This document shows positions 1-13,385 of a stretch of DNA of 64,000 nt, one piece after another. A program made the translations under genes and the position numbers. The first letter of the stretch is position 1. Every line of letters begins with the position of its first letter. Source of the stretch: the human T2T-CHM13v2.0 reference genome, Homo sapiens; assembly GCF_009914755.1 (NCBI RefSeq), contig NC_060931.1. One strand, given 5' to 3'. The notes beneath the pieces are model-generated. The model worked only from the letters and a program-made list of their open reading frames with translations, ran no database searches and was not told where the DNA came from.

Positions 1-2210
1 TTTCTGGGGAGGCCTTTCTGAGACACCCCCTTTCCCAGTTGCAAGAGGCATGGTGTCCAGCCCTGTGACTTGTATCAGCCAAGTAAGGGCTTAGAAAGCT
101 TTTAGTCGAAGATACACTCCTAAGCCTCTCTGAATATCCGGTCAGACTTACTTCCTTAATAACTTACTGATCGGCATCATAATAATGGCATCCTCAAGTT
201 TGGTTCAGACATGAGGATCACGTAAGTGTCTGTCTGAGAATCCCATGTGGAGCTGACAAAGGTGGCAGAAGCAAAAGGCCTGTTCACCCACAGCTTCTGT
301 CCTTTTCACTCGAACACACACACACACACACACACACTAAGTGCAAATAAAAACTTGGTCAGGAACCATTTACTTTCCCTGTTTATGCTTTTTGCATTCA
401 GAGACAGTAATTTGTTTTTACATTTCTTGGGGCCAATTAGAGTCACTTTAATAGGTAATCCCAGAATTTTCAAAGGTTATGTCAGTTTGGTAAAACACTT
501 TAATAAACAGGCTTTTTTTTCCCCTTCTATCAGTTCATTAATTTTGTAAGCCATGAATTTAACATGAATTTACATTCAAAAAGAATTCCAACCCGTTCTA
601 AGAAACACTTTTTCATGAAAGGATGGTAAAATACACATATCTCGAGTTTTTAGCTGGGAAACTCACAGTCCTAGAAATCTCACTTAATATTTCAGTGTAG
701 CATCATCATGCAATTTTTGGCTTTATAACTCACTATTCTTGATCTAGGTATGACTTGTTTCTCTCCCATTAACATTTTTTTTTGGCAGTTTGTTTTTATG
801 TAAAGGTACTGTTATATATAGTTTAAGATGTCAGGAAGGCCCTCTGTATTTTTCATTATTCCTGCAAAATAGGAAAAAATCTATCTAGGGTTTATGTTAA
901 ACTGCATGTATAAATGTATGCACTTCAATGTTCGTTTTGCACATACATTCATTGTTTCTGGATTGGTTAATCATATGGACACCCCCATAAAAGTAATGTT
1001 AGAATTAAAATAAAGCAAAAAACAGTCTTAATACAAATATTTTGTCTTTCTATATCACTTGCATTGAGAACTAGAACATGTCCCCCAGATGTACACAGGA
1101 ATATTTCATCTTTGTCAGTATTACATGGAAAGACTAAATTGAATATCCTCTTTGTCCCTAAAAGCTAGCCCCAGAGTCAAAATATGCTGCACTTCAGAAT
1201 TCCCCCCCCCCCATTTCCTATATTTCCTTTTTCCATATTTATTCAACATTCTAGGCTTTTGCTTTCTCAGAATATGCATCTCTGTGTATCAAGTGTGAAA
1301 GATGAGTGATTTCTCATGAGGGTTATGTAGTGAAAACAGCACAAATATAGCTTGGCCATTATAACTTTAAATGCAGATATATCCTCACGTTATGTAGTGG
1401 AGATGCTTAATTTTTATTTTTTCAAGTTCTAGAAATATTCAGTGCTGAAACATTACAGCATTTTCCTTCAAACCGACTTCCATGTTTATTTTCCAGAACA
1501 TTAGTGTATAATTTAAATTGGCTTTAGTTTTACTGTTTAAACAGGCTTATTTCACCTTCCTCAAGCCACTGTAATAATTAGCAGACATGTTCTCTAGAAA
1601 ATGGAAAGGAAATAATGCTGGTGGCATGCATAGTGGTCGGATTTTGGGGCAGGCCGGCTTGCATCTTTTTGAACACCAAGGTCGTTTGGTTACTGCAAGG
1701 GACAGGGATCTTGGAGTCATCAGATGAATCTTAAAAAAAAATTAATTTCTGGCAGTGTTGGCTTACACTTTTTAGTGAGGAAAAGCTTAGCATTAAATAA
1801 TAGGCATTTCTGATTTGTGAAAGAAAATTGAAAAATTGGCATGTCTGCAAATACCACGAAAAACATAACATTTCCAAAATAATGATCTGTCAACGAAATT
1901 GCAAAATCATTATGTGAATGAGCTGAATTGCTTTGTGTATCATCTCATAGAAATATGTTTTGCACAGATAATGTGTCTAATAAGGACACATTTTTAAAAT
2001 CAGATTTTTTTCCCCCCAGCAAATAGCTGCACTGCAGGTCTCTCTCAAGCAGTCAACTAGCACCACCTTATGGATGATTTGGGGACATTGCTGCTTCCCT
2101 GCTAGGCTTTCGTAAAATGTAGTCAACTGATTTAAAATAATGGGAATGTTGATGGTGATGACAATATTAATGACAATAATAATGCTTTTTTCCCCCTTCT
2201 TGTTTTTCAG
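1..2210 (+). other. AUTS2: 3' end of the AUTS2 intron upstream of the exon
   Basis: Ends in a polypyrimidine tract plus CAG at 2208-2210; no other AG between 2123 and 2208. Confidence 0.9.
314..337. repeat. (AC)12 microsatellite
   Basis: Read directly. Confidence 0.95.
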
Positions 2211-2262
2211 GCATCAGATGCCAGCTCTGAAAAACTCTTCAACACTGTTATTGTAAACAAAG
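2211..2262 (+). CDS. AUTS2: AUTS2 internal coding exon (exon 6, 52 nt, phase 0 in / phase 1 out), encoding [17 protein letters not shown] plus the first base of the next codon
   Basis: Acceptor ttttttcccccttcttgtttttcag| ends at 2210 and donor AAG|gtaaga starts at 2263. The frame is open and the peptide matches my recall of human AUTS2 (...[25 protein letters not shown]...). The exon number is from recall. Confidence 0.95.
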
Positions 2263-5200
2263 GTAAGACCCATTCATTCTCCTGAGTAATGGCTTATTTT
2301 TATGTTAGTTTCATTGTCATTGCCTAGGAAGAAAGAAGAGCTAGAGTGATCTTTCTCTTATAATTCTGAAGCTACTGTTGATGTTTCATGTTTTTGCTTG
2401 AGATGGAAGTCTGCATACTTTGTGATGCATTAACATTAACAACCAGTTTATTTTAAAAGAATACATTGAGTCCCTATTTAAACTGATTTGACTAATCACT
2501 ACTACTATGTGACTTTAATATAGAAAGCTGTACTCGAGAAGAATAGTTCTCAAAATGCCTGAACTTTATTGTTACTTATCAACTACCCAGCAATAGGAGA
2601 AATATAAATAGCTGATGTGCATTGCAGACTCCAGTAATCAATGGATGTTTAGAATTCACAGTATTATGGTCATAAACCAAGCCTTACTCTGCTGTGGGCT
2701 TTCTGTAAAGTTAATAAACGAGCGAGAGGGCAGAATTTAAATATGCACTATCCCATTAATTTCTTCCAAACCACGATCTAGAGTAAGAGAGGCTAATGAT
2801 ATAGCAGTACATTAAGGGAAAACTAACCTTAAATCATTGCCAGTAGGTTTCTGCGCAGCTTTCATTTGTTAGCAGTATCGTTGGAAATAAGGAAATTTAG
2901 GGGAGTCTGTAATCACTGGCTCTGAAAGGTGTGTAATTTGAAAGGGACAAACCATATAAACTATTTAATCTTCCCCTTTCCACTGTCGAGCCTGATTTAG
3001 GGGCTGGCATGATAATTGCTAAGTAAAGATGTGCTTTCTGTGATAATCTCTTTCTGGGTTACATGGGCGACACTTGGTAGCACTTGAACAGACTTGGGCC
3101 TTCACAAAGTGAAATTTGAGACCATTTCAGCCTTCTGTAGTTGCCTTGGCTAGCATTTTTGCTAGCTGGTTAGTAAGACATTTCCAAGTGCAGTTATTTT
3201 GAGCTCCCAGATTATTTTAGAATTTGAACCAATTGCAATTTTAAATAGTACATTATGTTTAGAGTTCCCTTGAGGTGTATGTGATTGCCGTTACTCCCAG
3301 AATTACTGTCATATTGAATTTTATCTTTTTTTATTGCATAATGGAGTATTCCAGTTTTATATTTCATCATATTTTCTGATGGACTGAAAGTTTGTATAAA
3401 TGTGTTATCCATAATGCTAAAAGCCCAATAAAAGAAGATGTGTGCCATTCATAGCATACAGTACTCGTGTGTAAAAATGCACAATTGTCTACCACTTGGC
3501 GTTTCCTTGTGAGAAAGGAGGGTGATGGGAGAGGGAGACTGGGGTAGAGGGCAGGTCACCAAAGGCAGGGCTTCTTCGTTTCTGCAGCCCCCCAGGACCT
3601 CTGCCACATGTGACTGTGTCTGTCTTCTGCTGATTTGCTACTGAAAGCTTTGGAATGTATTTCCCCTTTCTGGGATCAGGCCCTAGAATAAGAGTTGGCT
3701 CCAAGACCTGCACTCTGGCCGCCACTGCCCTGAAAGATTGTCTTCAGGGCGGATGAACAGCTCGCCTCTGCCTCTTCCCTCTGGTTCTTTCCCCCCCTTT
3801 TTTTCCTTTTCCAATCAAACGTTTCCCACATTCTTATTTTTGTTTACTTACAGAGTGTGATTTGTGGCATCTATTTGGTTGTGAATAGCCCTCCCCCTGA
3901 CAGGGTGCCTTTCTTCTGAGCTGCTTTTCTAGGGGTGATTTAGTTGCCTTGAAAGGATTAAGGTTTCTTTGTGTACACTAAAATCAACATAGGCTTTTTC
4001 TAAGCTTTGCTTGGGAAACCATACACAAATAAGCATTTTAGTTGATGGCAGATTATTCCTTTGCCCCTTATTTCCATCAAAATGGCCTTTCTTTTCTCCT
4101 CCAGAGTTTCCCCTTAATGCCTTATGCTAATTCCTGTTGGTAACATGAATGACAAGAGACGGAATCAGTGCGAATCCAGGTGGTGCAAAGTAGACTGACT
4201 GGTATCCCGCACCCCCTTTCCTCCCTGGGGAGAAAGAGATTAAGGGGGGTGTGGAGGGGGAAAGCATCGGGGACAGTTTTGTTAAGGGGATTAGTATTCA
4301 AACTGCTAAATATCAGGAAAACAACTTCAAAAAGGGATTCATTGTGTAGCGATAATGTCAATAATTGCTTCAGGACAGGTGCAGAGTCTCCTTATAGGCT
4401 TGTGGTTTTGGGTCTGTTTTTACTCCGGGTAGTGGCAGTGTTTACAGGATGAATGGCTGACAAGGCCTTCAAGGAACTGTCAGCTTCATGCACATCAAGT
4501 TCAAGTTTTCCTGCAAGGCGGCCTGCCTGCCTGAAAGTCAGGTCTCCTATCTTTGTCCAGTATCTTTAGCCAAGAGCAATAAAAAGCATCATAAGAAAGG
4601 GCAAATTTACACCAGGTAACAAACACAACTGGGGAAATCTTCAAAGCCCCAGCTTATGGGACAATCTAACCAGAGTGCAGGGGAGCTGACACGTGTATCC
4701 CTCCACCTCCAGATGTTTAAGTTACACATCACTTCTCCCTCTCAAGAGACTGGTAGTATTCTGGCCTTAGAGGAGTGTGGCTTTAAGCTGCTGGTGAGAT
4801 TATGCTGCTGAGCCTGGTGGCAGGCAGATTTGGTCCATAAAATTTCACCGTGGGAGGGCAGTGCTAATCTCACAAGCTGATTGTGGTGGGGGTTGGGGGG
4901 GCGCAGCCCTGATGTTGGGCTGCACAGTGCGGAGATGAAGCTCAGGCAGAGGCAGCAGGGGCCGTGGCTCGAGGCCCATCAGTCAGCTTGTGAGCTTGAA
5001 TAAGTCATTTACCCTCTTTAGGTCAAGATTTTCAATCATAACAAAACCTATTCCAGGGCCAACATCTCTGGTGGGGATAAAACAATTAATTGGGAAGGGG
5101 CAGGGGTTGAAACAGAGTGGATACAGTGAGTATATTTTATATCACGTTTGTTCATCGATTTTATTTTGACTTTCCCTGTGTTATAGATGCCATCCAGTTT

Positions 5201-6854
5201 CATAGAGATTTTTGTGTTTAGGTGTTCCGAATGGTCGTTTTCTTCTCCTGCCTTTTATTTCCTGCTTTAAAACAAGTTAATCAAACAGCACATGCTTGCA
5301 TGTACACACAACATGCCTAATGAGGACTGAGCATTTCGAAAGGGGTGTGGCATTGAGCAGGGCTTAGCGTTGTAGACACAAAAAAACAGTTTAACTTTAA
5401 TCAAGGTCATAGTTGCCATATTTAATCTTTATGTGTTTAAATGTTTACAGGATGTTCATGTGAATTTTATGAATCCTTCTGTCTTTGTGATTCAACCATC
5501 TGCCAAAGAAAAAATTAATTTTCCCACTGAGACAGAGGCACAGAGAGAGACTTAGTAACCCTATTTAGTTGATTGAAATGCTATAGGAGCAACAGGACCT
5601 GTACCCCAAATTCTGGGGTATTTATTCTATAAAGGAACTTTCAGTCTATTCAACATGGCTAGTATTTATTATCCTCTCTTGCCTACTGTAGATCCTTGCT
5701 GGTGTCACCAGTTTGGTCTGTAGACAAAAGTGCAGAAAATGAGTTCTTTGCTGCACACAATTATCCTGCCAAGATAATGAATCTTTCCTAAAACTCTTGG
5801 ATTGCTCCAGAGCAGAGCTGCTTGAGGAGGAAAGAAAAGAAGGGAAGCCTGTCTGGGAGGAAGGACAACACTAGTCAGGCGTCAGGAGTTCTGTGGAGCC
5901 CTCTGTTTATAGGATGCCAGTCCTGGCATGTGGCTGTGGTCTAGGTTAGGGGAAGAGAAAAATCCCTGAATTGCTCTCCCTTCTTGGTTCAGAGCCCTCC
6001 TTCCCAGGATTTAGCCCGTAACCAAGACAAGTCACAGATAGACGATGACAAGTCAAGACAACTCATAGATAGACGGTGAGAGGGGCACAGTGGTGTATTT
6101 TACCCCGTGACTTTCTCACCCCTTCTCTTTCCTTCAACTTTGTCTCAAATTGCAGAACTGGGTACTCCTGGGGAAAAGCCTCCTGAGTGAGCCATCGGGG
6201 AGCTGTGCCCAGCTAAATGGGCATTTCTGAATGGTTTCCTCCAGCAGGGAATGAGGCCCCTCATTCTGCTTCTTTCTACTGTGGGCACCCAGTGTCTCCT
6301 GAAATGTGAACAGCAACAGAGCAGCTGCTCACCCTCGTAGGCAGGACCCCACCTCACCTCCATCAGCCTGGGAGGTTCTAGTGGATAGTCACTCACCAAG
6401 AAGAGCACCAGACGCAACGCTCTGGCCACCTGGAGCCCTCTCTGACCAGGACTGCTTTTCCTCTCCCGGGCCCTACCAGGCCTATTAGTGGAACACACCC
6501 GGCCTCTTCTTGGGGTTGGTTTTGCACTGAGAATTTCCGGTGGAACACAGATGAGGTTGGAGCCTTTAGGTTAGTGAAGCCTTTGGATATTTTTGGCAGT
6601 ATGGTTCTATCAGCATTGTAGAAAGAAGACCTAGCTTAAAAATTGCCTGAAATCTGAGGAGATGAGGTAAGAAACAAGTTACCCAGCGATACTGCTGGCT
6701 TAGTAACCAGGTACCTAATAAATTCTTCCATGGCGACCATATGACCTTATTCTTTAGGTTTAGACACAAGGGATTTCCTTGGTTTGGTGACAGAAAGGTA
6801 AGAGTTATATTACCATCAAGGTCACCATTTGACTTTTAAGAAAAACCCATTCCC

Positions 6855-7154
6855 GCCGAGCATGGTCACTCATGCCTGTAATCCCAGAACTTTTGGGAGG
6901 CTGAGGCAGGAGGATTGCTTGAGCTCAGGAGCTCAAAACCAGCCTGGGCAATATAGCAAGACCTCATCTCTACTAAAATTCCAAAAACCTAGCTGGGGTT
7001 GGTAGCGTGTATTTGTAGTCTCAGCTACTTGGGAGGGTGAGGTGAGAGGATCACTTGGGCCCACAAGGTCGAGGCTGCAGTGAGCCCTGATTGTGCCACT
7101 ATAGCCTGGGCGACAGAGTGAGACACCATTTCAAAAAAAAAAAAAAAAAAAAAA
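6855..7154 (+). mobile_element. Alu, old (AluJ-like)
   Basis: Dimeric Alu with ggaggattgcttgagc J-type motif and an A tail. Confidence 0.9.
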
Positions 7155-9764
7155 GGCCTTTCCATAAAATAATTCTATGCATGAAAATAATGCAGTTGAC
7201 TGTGGAATAGCTCTCTTAAGAAAAAAATTTGGTTTACAGTTTAAAATCCCTTTATAATGAACATATGGAGACCATTTTACAATTCCTCCTAGGGTCTTGG
7301 GTTTAGTCGCAGGGAGGACATGATGTAAAGTGCATTTCCGATGTGCACAAGAGCAAACTGCCCGTTTCAGTCTCTGTAAATTAGTTTGGTTTTTGTCATG
7401 CCTTAAATTCCACATAAGGGAGAGTTAGAACATCACTCATTTATTTTTCTCCCTCTGGACCTTCTTTGTACTATTTCAGAGCATTTTCTTGAGTTTTTAG
7501 GAGATAGAGATGTCTGGAGAGTTAAGTAGTATTTAAGGGTAATTGGTACTTGATGCAAGAGACAAAGGAGTTATGAGTAGTTCAGTCCCTCCTCCTACTC
7601 CATACTGCAAATAGCATGCAATCAGCTCCTTTTGTTATGGAAATTGACCTTCCTATAGAAGCCGACTCTTGGAGAATTTGTTGTATAGAATCATCCTTTG
7701 AGCGTTCTTGGAAACAGATGCCTTGTACTGTTAGTGTGAAACCACCAGTAACAGTCAAAAAATATTCCATGTTGCATGAAAGTGTCTCCCGAAAATTTTC
7801 CAATAGTTGCTTTGGCCGAACTGATCTTTTGCCGAACTTGTGAATGCGTGTGGTGGTGAATCCTGGGATACTGGATCCCATCACTGGAATTGTGAACCGG
7901 GTGGAAGATTCCAGGCATTCGAAGTGATCTTGATGATGCCTTTTGGGTAGAACTTTTGACAGCTGCCACTTTTCCATCCTGAGTGCCCCTGTGATGGAGG
8001 AGGCGTAGATTACAGTGTAACCCATTCCATTCTTTTAGTCAGATGTTCAAACATCACTCTGGTTACTTTTGAGCTCAGTGGAAAGCCCTTGACTTATACT
8101 GGGCGATTACTGCTGTCCTTTGAAAGAGTTTTCTCTATCCTTGGCAATATTGACCAAAAAGCTTGAATGTTCATCAGCCTCTCTTCAATCCATTCATATT
8201 TAGCGTTTTGTGTAGTTAATGATGTAGTTAGTATTTGGTTGTCTCAGAAAGTAATATGCATTCATGATAGACAATTGGAATTGAAAAATATCAGATCAGT
8301 TCTCTAGAGTCTAATGAGAACAGTTGAGTGACAAAGGGCTCAATCACGCGGGCCAACCCCAGACAGGAGGGTTCCTAAATGGAGGAAGCCCGTGGCTAGC
8401 CCGTGGCCTCTGGATTATTTCTAGTTTCTGACAACTGCAGAAAAATGTTGTTTTCTCTGAATATGTATGTTTATTTAACTAGGTTTCTTTTTGCTTCACA
8501 ATCTGGATTCCATTCAGTCAGTTACCACTCCAATTAACTAACAATTATTTAACATTAACAGTAATTACAGACGCCAGTTAAGCGCCTACAGATGTCAACT
8601 GTTAGCTTTGTACCTAATCACTCAATGAAATGGAGAAAGTTCAACAAACATCAATTAGCTAAGCAATTAGTATGAGTTAGGAAAGAGCATGTTATCATGT
8701 GTGAGCTGATTCAATTTATTTTATTTTGGCAGTAAAATACACACAGGCAAGCAGCAATAAGTTCCTCAGATAAGATAAAACTCTATTGTTTTGCGGCTTA
8801 TATAAGAATTCCTTCCTTTCCTGTGCATAAGTCAAATACACTCTCGTCTGGAATTTATTTAACAGAATTTGTCTCAATTACTCAGAAAGCGCAGTCTCAG
8901 GAAGCACCTTTGGTGAATTATGAATCCAGTGACTGTACTGTATAAGGAAATGCCAGAAAACTTCAGTGGAGAAAATGATTGATTCCCACTCGAGTAATCC
9001 GCTCCGTGCATTTCGGATTTTTACCAGTTTATTCCTGAACCTCTGGTGGAACGAGTGCAACAGTGATTTTATTAATTTCATAGTGCCTGAACTTTTACTC
9101 AGCTGTCTTTTATTTAGCCCGGAGCTAACATCAAAGTATTTTACCTACTTGCCCAGTCTGTGCTTTTAAAAAGTAGAAACAGCTGTCTATTGAAGAGCCA
9201 TTTCATGAATTCACCAAGGAGATTCCAGACTCTCCTGAACTCAGAGGTGCTGTTCCACTCTCTTTTTTCCCCCTTCGCCTCCTCCACCCCACAGACTTGA
9301 CTCTTGTCATTAGCTGAGCTTGCCTGGACTTACTGGGAGAGTGCACTCTGAGGCCTGATTGTATGAAGTGGCCCAGAAAGTGGAGATTCATTTTACCTCC
9401 AAGAGGAAAGCTGGGCATAGGAGCTGGGCCTCTGGGTCTCCTCCTACAAATGACTTCTCATCAACCCTTAAAGCCCTTGGATAGGAGTGGAAGAAGTCAA
9501 TCCCTCGTGGGGTGCTCTGATAGGTCTGTGTGCATCCTATGTGCAGAATTTTCCATCCGAACAAGCCTCTCAGCATGAACTGAATGTGGGAGTAGGGAAA
9601 AAGTATTCTGCCACTGGTATGGCTTGGGGTGAAGGGCCACCTTGTCCCATGTGCAGTTTCTATTATAAAGCATTTCCTCGTATACACCACGACCCCAGTA
9701 CATGCTGGATCTTGACAGATGTCTGCTCTTCTGCATCAAGTCACTGGGTCTCTGTGAGTCTGCT

Positions 9765-10150
9765 TTGTCAAATTTTGCTGCAGTAACAAAATAGCTCAGA
9801 GTCCTACAACAACAAAAGTCTTATGTTAGGTGTCATCTGCCAATCAGCCGCAGGTTTCTTTGTTTTTATTCTGGGATCCAGGCCAAAGGAGGAGTCCCCA
9901 TCGTGGTTATTCGGCTGGTAAAGGGGAAAAGAGCAGAGACAGAAACAGAGAATGCCTCCACTTGGAGGTGGGTGTGGCGTTTCCAAAAATCTCATTGGCC
10001 AGACAAAGTCACATGACCAAGCCTGCCATCAATGGAGTAGGAAGTAAACTCCTACAGGGAGGAGCAGAAGAGAAGAGGGATCCACAGGGATCCACAGGGC
10101 CTTGGAAGGAAGGGAAAGCAAACCCTGCATGGGTAATGCTATCTGCCACA
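9765..10150. mobile_element. MaLR LTR remnant (MLT1-like)
   Basis: gctgcagtaacaaaa start and cattggccagacaaagtcacatgaccaagcctg motif typical of old MLT1 LTRs. Confidence 0.65.
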
Positions 10151-10547
10151 GGCCCATCCCAGAAACCTAACAAATCAGGAGCTGTTGCCTCTTACTGTGT
10201 TAATGCAAATGGGATGGAGGGTGGCTTGCATAGCTTTGATGATCTCCGTAGGCTTTTCTGTTAGAGACCTGGTTCCCTAATAGCCATTTGGTTGGAGTTT
10301 ATATTAAGTTAGATCTGATAAGTTGTCAAGAAATTAAATGCTTTTTTATTGTTTATCTGGATTAACTTATTGCTGGCTTGGAAGGACTTATGGAAAAGTT
10401 GCCCCAGAGTGCAGAAATGACTTCAGTGATTTGCAAAGAATAATTGTTGGACTGGCCAGATGTTTAGACTCTGCATAATTAACCTGAGGAAGCATGATTG
10501 CTGTAAAACTTTACTGCAAAGTAGTATGCGTTGTCATGGTTACCTTG

Positions 10548-10750
10548 AACATGGGCTTTGGATTTAAGATTCTCACAGACACTGCTTTGAATCTCAGTGC
10601 TTTGAAGACGCTTACTAGCTGTGGAACTTTGGGCTAGTTAAAACACCTTAGAACCAATTTTTCCTTCTGTAAAATGGGAATAACCAAACCCATCTCTTAC
10701 AGGTGCTGTGAGGATGAAACGAGGCAATGGATAGAAAGTGCTTAGCCTAC
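10548..10750 (+). mobile_element. MIR
   Basis: cttactagctgtg...ctttgggc...ttccttctgtaaaatgggaataa core. Confidence 0.75.
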
Positions 10751-10784
10751 CTTGTACCATATTTTGATCTAATGATACAGTGGG

Positions 10785-11150
10785 CTAAGTATTTTACATA
10801 CATTCTATCCCCTAATCTTCACAGCAGCTCTTAATTTAGAAAAGAATTTAGAAATAGCATCTGCATTTTATAGGCAGGGAAACTGAAGTTAGATATGAAT
10901 AGCTAGCATTTATTGAGGACTTTCTTTTTGCTAGGTATTGTTCACTTTATATGTAATTCACTCATTTTTTAAGTGAGTAAACTGAGGCTCAGAAATGAGG
11001 CAACTTGTCCAAGGTCGCGCACCTAGTAAGTGGTGGAGCTCGGTCCAGCTGACTCCTAGACATGCTCATAGCAGTCATACTGTGCTAGGCTCTGGGGATA
11101 TGGCAGAGAATAGAAAGGAGGAGGATCTCTGTCCTTCCTGAGGGAGACAC
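10785..11150 (-). mobile_element. MIR fragments followed by a short L2 fragment
   Basis: aaactgaggctcaga...aacttgtccaaggtc...ctagtaagtgg; then tactgtgctaggctctggggata. Confidence 0.65.
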
Positions 11151-12455
11151 AAAGCGGGATGGTAAAAATTCGGATTGGGGGAAACTGGGTTCTATGGGAA
11201 GACACTGGCAGGAACCCTCAACAAGGGCTTCCCTAGGGCTTTTCCTCCCATACCTTCCCAAAGTATTTAATCTTCTCATAAAACATAAGGTCCCGGAGGT
11301 TCTCATCCAGGACTTCTCCAGGATGTCAACCATTATCCCATCACCTGTGGCCAGAGTCGCCATAGTTACTGCAGCGCAGTGGGGCTCAGCTTAAGGCACC
11401 TCCAGTTTCCTCGCTCTTCCATGCCCATTCTTGTGCCTTTGCGTGAACTGATCTTTACTTTTCAGCCAGATTTTATTAGAAATGATTTAGGAATTTCAAG
11501 CAGGGGCATTTCCCTAGCAACCGATGACATAAGCACAAGGCCCAAATCTGTGCTGTTAACAGGGAATGGCGTTCTGTGGGCTCCGATCTGCGTCTCTGAC
11601 CCTCGTAAACCTTGTCTTCTAAAGGAGGAGGCTGAGAGCACATCATTGCTTTTCTAAGAGTCCTTTTGAAGAGGGAAATGTCTCAAGTGTGCCCGTTAAT
11701 AGACTGATGTGGGAGGCAGTTATATTTGGATGCCTTTAAAAGCCACTTGGAAAACATTTTCCCCCTCTTATCTATCACCTTTCACATCTCTCAGCAGAGT
11801 AACACTAAAACCTAATTTTAGCCAAGATTACATCATTTTCTCATTCTCTGTTCATAGCTGGGAAAGGTTTTTCCATAGTAAAGCTCCTCTCCCCGAAAAC
11901 CCAGCTCCTCCGCAGGACCTCTTGGGCTTCTGTGAAGGCTTCTTTATCCATAAAGTTTAGTTTGACAAGGGGTCTTCTGAAAGCAGATTGGTCAGCTGTT
12001 AAAGAAATGACATCAGTGGTGATTCCATTGATTCGTTCAATTGGCTTAAGGTGGAAACCATATTGAAATGAATTCTTTTCATTCACATATTATTGAGCCC
12101 CAACCATGGAACAGGATCTGGAGGTAACAACACTGAATAATAGATGACACCCACCTGACCAGAAGAGTAAAAGAGTTTAAATGTATTTTGAAATGTTTTT
12201 CAAGTGGTATAATAGCAAACTCACTAATTAAAAAAAAAAAAATAGCCTTAAGACTTTCTTAGGTGGAAAAGCTTATCTGAGGTGAGCCCCGAAGGGTCAG
12301 CAGACCAAAAATTGACCAGCCCTCAAACTGCAGAATTATGTCTCGCATTTAGAGAGCCCCAGAATCTGCCAGCTTGTGCTCATCGTTAGACTAAAACCTA
12401 CCCCTTTGAGTTTTCCATTTTAAAAATTGATGCTATTGTTATATGAGTTAATTAA

Positions 12456-12858
<403 letters not shown>

Positions 12859-13067
12859 TTGTTGTTTAAATTCTTACCAGGTTGGCCCACCGCAAGGAGG
12901 TGGCAGGAGGGAAGCCCCATGCCCAAGCCTGAGCAAGACTATTTGTAAAGTTGAGCAGATCACTCCATTTGACTTGCTTTTCTCATGGGTATCATGAGAA
13001 ACTGGGGGGTGGCCTCCAAGACTCCTTGTGAATCTAAAGACCAAAGTTTGTGTTAGAAATATTCTAG

Positions 13068-13385
<318 letters not shown>

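Noticed and set aside
9830-10264. 144-aa ORF
   Set aside because: Non-ATG start, lies largely in an MLT1-like LTR remnant, no recognisable domain.
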